Source of the DNA: an uncultured Lachnospiraceae bacterium
GTDB taxonomy: Bacteria > Bacillota > Clostridia > Oscillospirales > CAG-272
NCBI GenBank assembly: GCA_964514555.1
Contig: CAZERM010000002.1
Coordinates: forward strand, 4,761-68,760
Reading direction: 5' to 3'
DNA: 64,000 nucleotides
This document shows, one piece after another, positions 1-10,048 of this stretch. The number at the start of each line of letters is the position of its first letter. The first letter of the stretch is position 1. The translations under genes and the position numbers were made by a program. Under the pieces are notes generated by a model. It worked only from the letters and a program-made list of their open reading frames with translations. It was not told where the DNA came from and ran no database searches.

Positions 1-119
1 AACGCGGACCGCAGCTTTTTGCTTTCGTCCGCTCGGCAACTCCCCGTCCAAACGGCACTTTACGCCCGTGTTTTTACTCTTTTGTTAAAATTTATTTCGC
101 ATTTTTATGCGATATGGTA

Positions 120-149
120 ATTATAACGCTGCCCACATCTCTTTGTCAA
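120..149 (-). promoter_or_regulatory. Sigma-70-type promoter firing leftwards out of the window (TTGACA-N18-TATAAT on minus strand)
   Basis: On the minus strand, TTGACA is at 149-144 and TATAAT at 125-120. It is followed by a hairpin-rich leader that runs off the window edge. Confidence 0.4.
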
Positions 150-168
150 TAGAACACAAGAAATTATT

Positions 169-999
169 TCAAATTATTTGCGTAACGCTCTTTTTGTATC
201 CCGTAGGCGATGTTCCGTATTTTTTGCTGAACAAGCCGCTGAAATAAAATTGGTTGTCATATCCCACTGCGGCGGAAACTTCGCCGACGGAAAGGTCCGT
301 AAGCACGAACATTGCGCGAGCGCGGCGCAATCTTTCGGAGATTATGTAATCCTTGGGTGCACTGCCGAGCACCTTTTTAAATTCTCGGTAGAACGAGTCG
401 GGCGAAAGCCCCGCCATTGTAGAAAGAGTTTCCTGCATGATGTTTTCCGCAAGGTGTGTGCCGATATGCGAAAGCACCTGAGAAAGCACGGCAACATCGT
501 TCATCACCGCATCGAGCTTTTCGAGCGGCAACGCTTTTTCCGTTATTGCGGAAACGATGGAATAAACGAGCGATACCGTTTTTACCGCATTTTCAAGGCG
601 CGTGCTCGTAAATTCGCTTTCCGCACGCATCCTTGCGATGTCAAAGCACATATCGAAAACGCCGCTCTCTTTACCGTAAAAAAGCGGACAGTCAAAAAGC
701 GACAAAATTCGCAATACCGTAAATATACGCGCCTCAAAACCTACGTATACCAAAGAGCAATCGCTCTTTGCCTTTATCGTATATTCTGTATCGCACGGAA
801 CGAGCACCGCTTCGCCGTTCGACACGGAAAAGCTGTTCTCCCCTGCCTTGATATCGGCGCTTCCGCCGCAAACGCAAAGAAACATTTCAAACGGAAGTTT
901 CGTTCCGTTAAATTCTTTTCCTTTGTTGTATTCCGCACTGCCGGCGCAGGCATATGTGATGCTTATATTATTTTCAGGTTTATACTCTCTCCACTTCAT
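169..999 (-). CDS. AraC family transcriptional regulator (cupin-like N-terminal domain + C-terminal HTH)
   Basis: 276-aa ORF. The C-terminus carries an AraC-type HTH signature (LSVGEVSAAVGYDNQFYFSGLFSKKYGTSPTGYKK). Confidence 0.85.
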   Translation of the reverse strand: MKWREYKPENNISITYACAGSAEYNKGKEFNGTKLPFEMFLCVCGGSADIKAGENSFSVSNGEAVLVPCDTEYTIKAKSDCSLVYVGFEARIFTVLRILSLFDCPLFYGKESGVFDMCFDIARMRAESEFTSTRLENAVKTVSLVYSIVSAITEKALPLEKLDAVMNDVAVLSQVLSHIGTHLAENIMQETLSTMAGLSPDSFYREFKKVLGSAPKDYIISERLRRARAMFVLTDLSVGEVSAAVGYDNQFYFSGLFSKKYGTSPTGYKKSVTQII

Positions 1000-1150
1000 A
1001 GAGCGCCGCCTTTCTTATGTTTTTATTATATTTCGTTATATATCCTTTCAAAAAGGCGGAGCATTTTCCGCGATTTCGGAAGGGCTGTATTTTTATTTTT
1101 GTCTTATTTTATATTCTAACATATTTTTTGCCAAAATTCAATAAAAACAG

Positions 1151-1711
1151 TTATATTTTGCGCTTATATACCATCGGTGAAAGGGCACGCATCGGATTTT
1201 GATAAAGCTTTACAATCGCTTCGCCCTGCGCCATCTCTGAAAAAGCGTTGCAAAGTTTCGAGGTCATCTCCCTATCGTCCTTTGCCGTAACGATATATCG
1301 ACCGCAGAGCATAAAGGCGATGCTGTCCGCAGGGTCGCACGGCGCCCAATCATATTCTTCGCACATATTTTGGTAAAGCTTTTTCGCCGCATCCTCGCTT
1401 TGCATAAAGATAACGCAAAGCGAATTTCCCAAGGCAAGCTCCGAACTGTAAAGCGCCGTCGCTTCTTCCACATCATTGTGGAAAACTTGCTCGGAAATGC
1501 CGAAGATATATGAGTTTTCCGCACTTATGCGCTCCTCGGGTGCGGATGCGGCATCTTTTCCTGCCATTGAATATATGCGAAAAGCGATATCGCGCGCACT
1601 TCCCTCTATATTCTCCTTTTGCATCTGTTTACAGCAGGAGACGAAAGTGAGCAATGATATCGCCATGAGCACCGCCAAGAGCGCATATTTTTTATTATCG
1701 TTATTAAACAA
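1151..1711 (-). CDS. Putative lipoprotein of unknown function (possibly DUF4358-like)
   Basis: 186-aa ORF with an N-terminal signal peptide ending in LLTFVSCC (lipobox-like). No catalytic motif recognised. Confidence 0.6.
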   Translation of the reverse strand: MFNNDNKKYALLAVLMAISLLTFVSCCKQMQKENIEGSARDIAFRIYSMAGKDAASAPEERISAENSYIFGISEQVFHNDVEEATALYSSELALGNSLCVIFMQSEDAAKKLYQNMCEEYDWAPCDPADSIAFMLCGRYIVTAKDDREMTSKLCNAFSEMAQGEAIVKLYQNPMRALSPMVYKRKI

Positions 1712-1785
1712 AAGAAAACACCTCCGTTTTAGGAAAATATCGTGTCCGTCAACATTAGTGTTTTACTTTTTTTATATTTTATGCT

Positions 1786-4326
1786 TTATTTGGCTTCATA
1801 CCATGTCTTGCCCATGCCGACTTCCGCGGAAAGCTTAACGGGGAGCGAGATCGCGCTCTCCATCTCTCTTACGAGGAGCGCTTTTACTTCCTCGGCGCAA
1901 GATTCGTTTGATTCTATGATAAGTTCGTCATGTACCTGCATGATGAGCTTTGCATCATAGCCGCCCTCGCGCAGTTTCTTTTCCACGTTTACCATGGCAA
2001 GCTTGATGATGTCGGCGGCGCTTCCCTGAATGGGGCTGTTCATCGCAACACGCTCGCCGAAGGAAACTTCCGTTTTCTTTTTGGAGAAAAGCTCTTTGAT
2101 ATATCTTCTTCTGCCCAAAAGCGTTGTAACGAAACCATCTCTCTTTGCCTGCTCCACGATATCGGAAAGGTATTTTTCAACCAACGGATAAGTTTTCATA
2201 TATCCTGCGATATATTCTTTTGCCGCCGCAACGGATGTGTGCAGATCCTCGGAAAGGGAGAAAGCGCCCATGCCGTAAACTATACCGAAGTTTATCGCTT
2301 TTGCTCTCTTACGAAGCTCCACGGTAACTTCCTCGGCGGAAACACCGAAAACTTTCATCGCCGTTGATGTGTGTATATCGGCTCCGTCGGAGAATGCGGA
2401 TATCATAGACTCATCGCCCGAGATAGCCGCCAAAAGGCGAAGCTCTATCTGCGAATAGTCCGCATCGATAAGCACATATCCGTCTTTCTGCGCCGCAAAG
2501 AATTTTCTCATCTCTCTGCCAAGCTCAGTTTTTATCGGGATATTCTGAAGGTTCGGCTCCGTGGAAGAAAGTCTGCCAGTTGCGGTGAGCGCCTGCTTAA
2601 AGGATGTGTGTACTCTGCCGTTGCCGTCAGCCGCCGCCAAGAGTCCGTCTGCGTAAGTGCTTTTAAGCTTTGCCACCTTGCGATATTCGAGTATCTCGCC
2701 GATTATGGGGTGGTAGGGGCGAAGCTTTTCCATAACGTCCGCATCGGTCGAATATCCGCTCTTTGTCTTTTTTACAACGGGAAGACCCAAAACATCAAAA
2801 AGTATATGACCGAGCTGTTTTGTTGATTTGATATTGAACTCCTCACCTGCAAGAGCATATATCTTTTCGCCGTGTTCGTCTATCATCTTCGAAAGCTTGA
2901 CGGAAAAATCCTCAAGTTCCGTTGTGTTCACAAAGAAGCCTTCCTTTTCCATGTTAAAAAGCACTCTTGCCAACGGAAATTCTATATTTTCGTAAAGCTC
3001 ACGCTGATTTGTTTTTTCAAGTTCTTTTTCTATCTCCAAATAAAGTGCATATATGCAGGAAACTTTTTCTTCGTTCGTTTCGCAAACATCACTGAGTACG
3101 CGCGCGGCAAGTTTTTCGAGCGAAAAATCATTTTCCGAAACAGCCGCAACATAGCCCATGAGCATTATATCGTCGGTGCAAGCGGCAAAACCGCAATTTT
3201 TCGCATCGAGCGTATGATATGCCGCTTTCGCATCGTGCACGATAAATGAATATGATAAATCATCAAAGTAAGGGAGCGCATTTTCAAACGTATCGGTGAA
3301 CACCTTTTCGCCGTCGCAGAAATATACGACCTCCGCTTCCGTATCGAACGATACGGCGCATTTTTTGCCCTTTTCCAAAAGTTTTACGCCGCCCTCGCAA
3401 ATAGTAATGCTCTTCTTTTTCACTTCGATTTCGGTCGTGCCGTCTTCGGAAGGTTCGATCTCATCCTCGCCGCAGAATTTTTTGATGAATTTAGTAAATT
3501 CCAAGCGAGTGAAAAGCTCGGTAAGCTTCTTTTTATCCGCGCCCGTATAGCGGAACGCTTCTATATCGCATCCGAGGTCTACATCGCATTTTATCTTTGC
3601 TAAAAATTGCGACATATAAGCCATGTCCTTGCCGTCGATGATCTTCGCTTTTGCGGAGGGAGCTATCTTTTTGTTTTCTATATCGTCATAAACACCGTCA
3701 AGACTGCCGTATTCCGATATAAGTTTGAACGCGGTCTTTTCGCCGATGCCCTTTACACCGGGTATATTATCCGAGCTATCGCCCATGAGCGCTTTTACAT
3801 CGACAAATTGGCTCGGCAAAACACCGTATTTTTCGTTGAAAGCCTTCGTATCAAAAAGTATCGGTTCGTTGTTTGTCGCAAGGATTATATTAGTGCGGTC
3901 CGTGATAAGCTGAAGCGAGTCTCTGTCTCCCGTGAGGATGTATACCTGCGTATCGCCCTCCGCTTCGCCCATTGCGGCAAGTGTGCCGAGAAGGTCGTCC
4001 GCTTCAAATCCCTCTTTTTCTATGCAATGTGCGCCGAGCGCAGAAAGACATTCCACGGCATAAGGGCGCTGAACGGCAAGCTCTTCGGGCATACCGTGGC
4101 GATTAGCCTTATATTCCGTGTAAGCCTTGTGGCGGAAAGTCGGCGCTTTTAAATCAAAAGCCACAATAAAATAATCCGGGCGGATATCTTCGAAATGACG
4201 ATTTATAATGTTTATCATTCCGTAAACCGCGTTCGTGGGCAGTCCGTCCACCGTGGTGAGCGCACGCACACCGTAAAAAGCACGGTTGAGTATCGAGTTT
4301 CCGTCTACGGCAAGAAGTTTTTTCAT
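1786..4326 (-). CDS. polA: DNA polymerase I
   Basis: 846 aa. N-terminal 5'-nuclease region (MKKLLAVDGNSILNRAFYG) and C-terminal family A polymerase motifs (DYSQIELRLLA, QVHDELIIE). Confidence 0.97.
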   Translation of the reverse strand: MKKLLAVDGNSILNRAFYGVRALTTVDGLPTNAVYGMINIINRHFEDIRPDYFIVAFDLKAPTFRHKAYTEYKANRHGMPEELAVQRPYAVECLSALGAHCIEKEGFEADDLLGTLAAMGEAEGDTQVYILTGDRDSLQLITDRTNIILATNNEPILFDTKAFNEKYGVLPSQFVDVKALMGDSSDNIPGVKGIGEKTAFKLISEYGSLDGVYDDIENKKIAPSAKAKIIDGKDMAYMSQFLAKIKCDVDLGCDIEAFRYTGADKKKLTELFTRLEFTKFIKKFCGEDEIEPSEDGTTEIEVKKKSITICEGGVKLLEKGKKCAVSFDTEAEVVYFCDGEKVFTDTFENALPYFDDLSYSFIVHDAKAAYHTLDAKNCGFAACTDDIMLMGYVAAVSENDFSLEKLAARVLSDVCETNEEKVSCIYALYLEIEKELEKTNQRELYENIEFPLARVLFNMEKEGFFVNTTELEDFSVKLSKMIDEHGEKIYALAGEEFNIKSTKQLGHILFDVLGLPVVKKTKSGYSTDADVMEKLRPYHPIIGEILEYRKVAKLKSTYADGLLAAADGNGRVHTSFKQALTATGRLSSTEPNLQNIPIKTELGREMRKFFAAQKDGYVLIDADYSQIELRLLAAISGDESMISAFSDGADIHTSTAMKVFGVSAEEVTVELRKRAKAINFGIVYGMGAFSLSEDLHTSVAAAKEYIAGYMKTYPLVEKYLSDIVEQAKRDGFVTTLLGRRRYIKELFSKKKTEVSFGERVAMNSPIQGSAADIIKLAMVNVEKKLREGGYDAKLIMQVHDELIIESNESCAEEVKALLVREMESAISLPVKLSAEVGMGKTWYEAK

Positions 4327-4388
4327 AAATTTTCCCCTCCAATGGAGTATTCAGATTTTATAACATATTTATATTACCACAGTATCGT

Positions 4389-4428
4389 AAAAAAAGCAAA
4401 TCCGCTTTTCTTTTCGTGAAAAGCGGAT
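4389..4428 (-). terminator. Rho-independent terminator downstream of the small lipoprotein ORF
   Basis: Stem ATCCGCTTTT/AAAAGCGGAT (4400-4428), followed on the minus strand by a T-run (plus-strand A-run 4389-4396). Confidence 0.7.
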
Positions 4429-4435
4429 ATTTTTA

Positions 4436-4708
4436 TTAAGCAACCGAATCCAAAGGTGCAGTCTGGGGAATTACATATGTGTCAAGGTCATCGGGGAAGT
4501 TGACCTTGACATCTTCCCCGATGGTCTTGTAATCGAGCTCTATTGTATAATCGAGATATACGTCGCCAACTACCATGTTGGATCCGATCTTCACGGTTAC
4601 ATCACCCTTTTTCGCCGCCTGTGCGTTTTCGATGGCTGTCATCATTTTTTCCTCGAGTGTAACTTTACCGCAGGAACAGCAAGCGAGCGCCGCCATGACG
4701 AACACCAA
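4436..4708 (-). CDS. Small putative lipoprotein, start codon uncertain
   Basis: 90-aa ORF starting at TTG with AALACCSCGK (lipobox-like). It has its own terminator and an upstream TGnTATAAT-like element, but no canonical start codon with an n-region. Confidence 0.35.
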   Translation of the reverse strand: MVFVMAALACCSCGKVTLEEKMMTAIENAQAAKKGDVTVKIGSNMVVGDVYLDYTIELDYKTIGEDVKVNFPDDLDTYVIPQTAPLDSVA

Positions 4709-4824
4709 AACATTTCTTTTTTTGTATTTAAAATTATATCACACGCACCAAATTTTATCAAGAAATACGGTAAGAATTAAAAAGACCGCGTTCTCTTTTG
4801 CGAGAACGCGGTCCGTTTTCAAGA

Positions 4825-5571
4825 TCAGTCAACAAATGTGAACTCGATCGTTTTGTACTGGGAAAGGAAAATGTTTTTAAGAGTCTTCTCATCATTGAAG
4901 CGAGAAGGCATCGTTACCTTTTCAAGAGATGTGCAGTTGGAGAAAGCTTCTACGCCGATCTCCGTAACACCTGCGGGAATAACGAGTTCTTTAAGATTTT
5001 TAAGTCCCCAGAATGTTGTCTTGCCGATCGTTTTAAGAGTAGAGGGGAGTTCGAGCGATTCGATAGCGCTGCAACCGAAGAATGCGATATCACCGATGCT
5101 CTCAACGCCTTCGCCGATGGAAACAGCCGTAAGACCTGTGCAGAGCTGGAAAGCACCTTCTTCAACCTTCTTTGTCTTGCCACCCATTACAACGAGAGAT
5201 TCAACGCTGTAGTTATACTCGCCGCAAACCTTGTAACCGGGGCCGACACCAACGCTGTAAACAGTGTAGCTTGCGCCTTTTTCGTCAACATATGTGTCGC
5301 CGATAACGAGGTTTTTGATGTTATCTTTAAGTTCTTTGATAGCGATCATGTTGTCTGTGGATGATGTTACGAGTTCAAATTCGATAGATCCCGGAGTGAG
5401 GTTGCTTTCAATAGCAGGAACTACTGTTCCGCCTGTTGTTTCGCCGTCTGATGTTGTTGTATCAGAAGTAGTAGCCAAGCTTCCCGTCGTTGTATCGCCC
5501 TTACCACCGCAAGAAGCAAGCGCAAAAACAAGGAACGTTGTTGCCAAAAGCAAAGAAATAACTTTTTTCAT
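4825..5571 (-). CDS. Leucine-rich repeat (BspA-type) surface lipoprotein
   Basis: 248 aa with signal peptide and lipobox (FALASCGG), a T/S-rich linker, and repeated AFxxCxxLxxVxIxxxVxxIG LRR units. Confidence 0.8.
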   Translation of the reverse strand: MKKVISLLLATTFLVFALASCGGKGDTTTGSLATTSDTTTSDGETTGGTVVPAIESNLTPGSIEFELVTSSTDNMIAIKELKDNIKNLVIGDTYVDEKGASYTVYSVGVGPGYKVCGEYNYSVESLVVMGGKTKKVEEGAFQLCTGLTAVSIGEGVESIGDIAFFGCSAIESLELPSTLKTIGKTTFWGLKNLKELVIPAGVTEIGVEAFSNCTSLEKVTMPSRFNDEKTLKNIFLSQYKTIEFTFVD

Positions 5572-5699
5572 ATTTTTATATTATCCTCCGAATATAAATA
5601 CCGATTTTACATATTATAGATAATATCATAAAAAAACGATTTTGTCAACGGAAACGCAAAAATGTTCACTTTTTATGCAAGTATATTTTCGGAGGAGAA

Positions 5700-6788
5700 A
5701 TGGGATTTTTGCCGAAGGAACCATATAAAAAAATTTTTTGCATATTCTTTTATATCATTCTCGCCGTGCTTTGCACATACATTATTTTTAAATATGCCTT
5801 GCCGATATTATTACCCTTTGTGATATCGTTTTTTATCGCTTGCGCCGTGCGCCGCCCGTCAAATTATATCCACGAAAAAACAGGTATATGCAAAAAGTTC
5901 GTCTCTGTCTTTTTGGGCATATCCGCGCTCAGCACCTGCGCTTTTTTCGTATCAGTCTGTGCCTCAAAGCTCGTTTCGGAGCTTTATTCGTTTGCAAAAG
6001 GGATGATTGAAAACAAGGACGATATCATGGCGAGCACATCGCTCTTTTCGCAAAGGATAGACCGCTTGTTTTCGGATATATTCCCCGACGCTCACAAGTC
6101 CGCTTCCGACATTCGCCAAAGACTTACAAATCTTCTTTTCGATGCCGTCAAAAATATTGTTACCGAGATAACAACGAAAATACCCATGTTCGTCGGTCAT
6201 ATTTTTTCGGGAGTACCGAAAATAATATTTTTTATCGCGGCAATGCTCCTTTCGTGCATATATTTTTGCCTCGACCTTGAAAAGATGGAAAGCTTTGTGC
6301 GACAAAATATGACAAAAAGCTCCTTTGCCGCCTTGGCAAAAGTAAAAAGAGCCTCTTTTTCCGCGGTAGGCAAATATATTCGCGCAAATTTTATAATATT
6401 CTTGATGACTGCGGCGGAGCTTACAACGGGATTTTTGATCATCGGAGTGAAATATGCTCTGCTCATCGGTGTTGCGACGGCTTTTATAGATATCCTGCCG
6501 ATATTCGGCAGCGGCACTGTGCTGATACCTTTTGCCGTTTACGGTTTTTTGAGCGGCGACTTTCGCCTCGGAATGGGGATATTGATACTTTACGCCATCG
6601 TTACGATAGTGCGGCAGTTGAGCGAGCCGCGCATAATCGGCAAAAATCTGGGTGTGCATCCGCTCGTGTCGCTCGCCGCAGTATATGCGGGATACAGCCT
6701 TTTCGGTATATGCGGCATGATATTTTTGCCTATCATCACCGTTATAGCGAAAAACATCATCTTTCCGAGCAAAAACTCCGCTTATTAA
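5700..6788 (+). CDS. ytvI: AI-2E/YtvI-type sporulation integral membrane protein
   Basis: 362-aa polytopic membrane protein. Its layout and C-terminal motifs (LPIFGSGTVLIPF..., SEPRIIGKNLGVHPL) are typical of the AI-2E transporter / YtvI family. Confidence 0.7.
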   Translation: MGFLPKEPYKKIFCIFFYIILAVLCTYIIFKYALPILLPFVISFFIACAVRRPSNYIHEKTGICKKFVSVFLGISALSTCAFFVSVCASKLVSELYSFAKGMIENKDDIMASTSLFSQRIDRLFSDIFPDAHKSASDIRQRLTNLLFDAVKNIVTEITTKIPMFVGHIFSGVPKIIFFIAAMLLSCIYFCLDLEKMESFVRQNMTKSSFAALAKVKRASFSAVGKYIRANFIIFLMTAAELTTGFLIIGVKYALLIGVATAFIDILPIFGSGTVLIPFAVYGFLSGDFRLGMGILILYAIVTIVRQLSEPRIIGKNLGVHPLVSLAAVYAGYSLFGICGMIFLPIITVIAKNIIFPSKNSAY

Positions 6789-6798
6789 AGGAGCATCT

Positions 6799-7395
6799 AT
6801 GAAAAAAACCTCTTTTTACATCGAACCGTTTGCTCCGTTTGGGCTTTTTGTGCTCTTTTTCGTTTGCGAAAAGACCATGCGTACAGCAACGATAACATCC
6901 GTTTTTGTTCACGAGGCGGCGCACCTTATCGCCGCGCTTTTCTGCGGCGAGCGTGTACAACGCGTCCGCTTGACATCATTTGGCATATCGATCGGCTTTT
7001 CCAACCCAAAAAGTTACGGCGAAGAAGCTTTTGTGGCGATATGCGGCCCTCTGGTAAGCTTTTTGTTCGCCGCCGCAGGATATTTCGGTGGAGGAGATTT
7101 CGGCGAGCAGGTGTGCACATTTTCCGCTTTCCTGGGGCTTATAAATCTTTTCCCTTTGCCCACGTTCGATGGCTGGCGGGTGGCGCGCGCCGCTATATCC
7201 GGCTTCTTCGGTCCCGATGCGGCCGAAAGAGCCGCACACGCAATATCCATGGTTTGTCTTTTTGCCGCTTGGGTGATGTCGATATATATTTTATTCTACA
7301 GCGGAGCAAATTTTGCGTTGCTTTTGTTCTGTTCATATATTTTTGCCGTTACCGTAATAAAAAGAGATTGTATTTATAACGAGAAAATGATATAA
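6799..7395 (+). CDS. M50 family (site-2 protease / SpoIVFB-like) membrane metalloprotease
   Basis: 198 aa with an HEAAH zinc motif in a TM helix and a second NLFPLPTFDG motif. Confidence 0.7.
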   Translation: MKKTSFYIEPFAPFGLFVLFFVCEKTMRTATITSVFVHEAAHLIAALFCGERVQRVRLTSFGISIGFSNPKSYGEEAFVAICGPLVSFLFAAAGYFGGGDFGEQVCTFSAFLGLINLFPLPTFDGWRVARAAISGFFGPDAAERAAHAISMVCLFAAWVMSIYILFYSGANFALLLFCSYIFAVTVIKRDCIYNEKMI

Positions 7396-7434
7396 TAGAT
7401 ATATTAAACTTTACTTAAAAGGACGGTATTTCAC

Positions 7435-7911
7435 ATGAAAGCTATCATAGAAATGGAAAACGGCGGTAAAATGACTCTCGAGCTTTACCCCGAAAAAGCA
7501 CCCAAAACAGTTGAAAACTTCGTAGACCTCGCTAAAAAAGGCTTCTACAACGGTCTTATCTTCCACCGCGTTATCGCAGGTTTCATGATCCAGGGCGGCG
7601 ACCCCACAGGCACAGGCATGGGCGGCCCCGGACACACTATCAAAGGCGAATTTGCCGCTAACGGCGTTGCAAACGACCTCAAACACACTCGCGGCGTTAT
7701 CTCCATGGCTCGTGCATACGACCCCAACTCCGCAGGCTCTCAGTTCTTCATCATGCACGCAGATGCTCCCCACCTCGACGGTCAGTATGCCGCTTTCGGT
7801 AAGATGACTGACGGCTTTGAAACTCTCGACGAGATCGCAGGCGTTAAGACTAACTTCAGCGATAAGCCCCTTATGGAAATGAAGATGAAAACAGTTACTA
7901 TCGAGGACTGA
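7435..7911 (+). CDS. ppiB: Peptidyl-prolyl cis-trans isomerase, cyclophilin type
   Basis: 158 aa with a cyclophilin signature (FHRVIAGFMIQGGDPTGTGMGGPG). Confidence 0.95.
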   Translation: MKAIIEMENGGKMTLELYPEKAPKTVENFVDLAKKGFYNGLIFHRVIAGFMIQGGDPTGTGMGGPGHTIKGEFAANGVANDLKHTRGVISMARAYDPNSAGSQFFIMHADAPHLDGQYAAFGKMTDGFETLDEIAGVKTNFSDKPLMEMKMKTVTIED

Positions 7912-7919
7912 AAAAGACC

Positions 7920-8132
7920 ATGAGCGAACTTACAGACAGAATAAACTTTCTTGCCAGAAAGTCCAAAACGGAAGGTCTTACGGACGAAGAAAAGATCGAG
8001 CAGGCTCGCTTGCGCGACGAATTCCGTGCCGCTTTCCGCCGCAATTTCGGACTTCAGCTTGAAAATACAACATTCGTTGACGAAAAAGGCAACGTATTAA
8101 AGCCGAAAAACAACGGAAGCTCGGGTAACTGA
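7920..8132 (+). CDS. DUF896 (YnzC/UPF0291) family protein
   Basis: 70 aa. N-terminus RINFLARKSKTEGLTDEEKIEQARLRDEF is typical of the family. Confidence 0.8.
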   Translation: MSELTDRINFLARKSKTEGLTDEEKIEQARLRDEFRAAFRRNFGLQLENTTFVDEKGNVLKPKNNGSSGN

Positions 8133-8134
8133 AA

Positions 8135-9370
8135 ATGAACGAAAAGCTTTCGCAAAAATATGCGCGCCTTATCGCGCGCATCGGCGCAAACGTCGAAAAG
8201 GGCGAAGAGGTCGTTATATATGCTTCCGTGGAAGCATATGGTTTTATTCCCGTGCTCGTGCGCGAATGTTACGAAGCAGGCGCTTCGGGCGTAAGAGTGG
8301 AATGGTCATATGATGCGCTCACAAAGCTCAACTGCGAATATCAGACGCAGAAGGATCTTTGCCGTGTTTACCCTTGGGAAACGGCAAAAATGCGCTACAG
8401 AGCTACAAAAACGCCCACGAGAATATTTATAGACAGCGATTCTCCCGATTCGCTCGACGGCATAGACCGCAAAAAATACGATGTCGCGCGCAGATACAAG
8501 TATAAAAAATTCAAAAAATACAGCGATATGGCGCAGGGCATGGAAAAATGGGTCATCGCAGCTTATCCTTCCGCCGAATGGGCGAAGATGGTCTTCCCGA
8601 ATGACGACGAAAAGACCGCGTTCGAAAAACTCGGCAACGCTATCCTCGAAAGCGTTATGGTATACGAGGAGGGCGACCCCGTTGAAGCTTGGAAAGAGCA
8701 CGACAGAGAGGTTACCGAGCGCAGCGAGCGCCTCAGCAAATATAAATTCGACTACCTCGAATATAGGAGCGCTAACGGCACGGATTTTCGTGTTTGGCTC
8801 ATCCCCGAAACGCATTGGTGCGGTTGCGGCGAATACACCAAAACAGGCAAATATTTTAACGCAAACATCCCTTCCGAGGAGATATTCACAAGCCCTATGA
8901 GAGGCAAAGCGGAGGGCAAGCTCGTTTCCACGATGCCGCTTTCCTATAACGGAGATATCATAGACAGATTCTCGCTCACATTCAAAGACGGCAAAGTCGT
9001 TGATTTTGATGCGGAAGTCGGATATGACCTGCTCCGCTCGCTCCTTGACACGGACGAGGGCGCAAAGATGCTCGGCGAGGTAGCGCTCGTGCCCCAGGGC
9101 AACGGTATCGCTCGCCAGGGTATATTGTTCTATAACACACTCTTTGACGAAAATGCGAGCTGCCATGTGGCGCTCGGCTCCGGATATATCGACACGGTTG
9201 ACGATTACGCTTCTCGCACACTCGAAGAATGTCGCGCACTCGGCATAAACGAAAGCCAGATACACGTCGATTTTATGGTCGGCGCGGACGATATGAGCAT
9301 CATCGGTTACAAAGACGGTGTTGCAACAAAAATATTTGAAAACGGCACTTTCGCAGAAGAATTTAAATAA
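8135..9370 (+). CDS. M29 family aminopeptidase (AmpS/PepS-like)
   Basis: 411 aa. N-terminus LSQKYARLIARIGANVEKGEEVVI and the length are typical of aminopeptidase II / M29. Confidence 0.88.
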   Translation: MNEKLSQKYARLIARIGANVEKGEEVVIYASVEAYGFIPVLVRECYEAGASGVRVEWSYDALTKLNCEYQTQKDLCRVYPWETAKMRYRATKTPTRIFIDSDSPDSLDGIDRKKYDVARRYKYKKFKKYSDMAQGMEKWVIAAYPSAEWAKMVFPNDDEKTAFEKLGNAILESVMVYEEGDPVEAWKEHDREVTERSERLSKYKFDYLEYRSANGTDFRVWLIPETHWCGCGEYTKTGKYFNANIPSEEIFTSPMRGKAEGKLVSTMPLSYNGDIIDRFSLTFKDGKVVDFDAEVGYDLLRSLLDTDEGAKMLGEVALVPQGNGIARQGILFYNTLFDENASCHVALGSGYIDTVDDYASRTLEECRALGINESQIHVDFMVGADDMSIIGYKDGVATKIFENGTFAEEFK

Positions 9371-9378
9371 AAGATCAG

Positions 9379-9418
9379 CCCCGACAAGTCAACAAAAGAC
9401 TTGTCGGGGTTTTCGTTT
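9379..9418. terminator. Bidirectional Rho-independent terminator between the aminopeptidase gene and the ECF S-component gene
   Basis: Stem CCCCGACAAGTC/GACTTGTCGGGG (9379-9409) with a T-run on plus and A-rich flank on the other side. Confidence 0.8.
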
Positions 9419-9426
9419 CAATTGTT

Positions 9427-9957
9427 TTAAATGCGCGGTCGTATTTTTTTGTTGTAAAATTTGCGTATGCCGCATCTATGGCAAAGTATCATGCCGACAA
9501 CAGCGCCGACAGCCGCCTGCAATATTTGATAAGGCAGCTTAAGTATGGCATATTCGGGCGTGCTGTAAATAAACGCTCTGCCCAAAGAATAGCCGACTAC
9601 CATAATTATCACACCGATAAAAACGCCGATTGCCGAAGAGATGACAGGATGCTTTTTCATTACATAATGTGAGAAAACGGATATCACAACGGCTTGCAAG
9701 CCATGCGTTATGAGCGAAACGAACATCGGTGTCGGATAGAAGAAAAGGTCGCCCAAAAATGCGCCTACACCGCCCACCATGAACGCCGCAAACGGATCCA
9801 TTATTATCGCCGCAGTGCAAATAACGATATCGTTCATATAAAGATGACCGCCCGGCACGGGTATGCTGAACGAGCTCATCGCAACATTCATCGCCATCAA
9901 AACGGCTGTTGTGCAGAGCCACAGGGTGGTCCTCTTTTTGTCCATCTTATTTTTCAT
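9427..9957 (-). CDS. ECF transporter S (substrate-capture) component, substrate unknown
   Basis: 176 aa and about 6 TM. The small hydrophobic protein has an ECF S-component-like layout. No ECF A or T genes are adjacent. Confidence 0.65.
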   Translation of the reverse strand: MKNKMDKKRTTLWLCTTAVLMAMNVAMSSFSIPVPGGHLYMNDIVICTAAIIMDPFAAFMVGGVGAFLGDLFFYPTPMFVSLITHGLQAVVISVFSHYVMKKHPVISSAIGVFIGVIIMVVGYSLGRAFIYSTPEYAILKLPYQILQAAVGAVVGMILCHRCGIRKFYNKKIRPRI

Positions 9958-10048
9958 AAAAATTCCTCCTTGAAATTATCTTGAGGTCATTATATAATAA
10001 TCTCTGATGATATAAAATGACCAATTTCGGAGAAAATAATATAACCAG

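Noticed and set aside
1-60. tRNA-like D-arm string on the minus strand (GAGTTGCCGAGCGGACGAAAGCAA), resembling the class II tRNA motif GCCGAGCGGTTGAAGGC.
   Set aside because: The following sequence does not form an anticodon stem-loop with U33. No T-arm is visible because the window ends, and it lies inside a promoter-proximal leader. A tRNA cannot be supported. It may be part of a leader or riboswitch whose remainder is outside the window.
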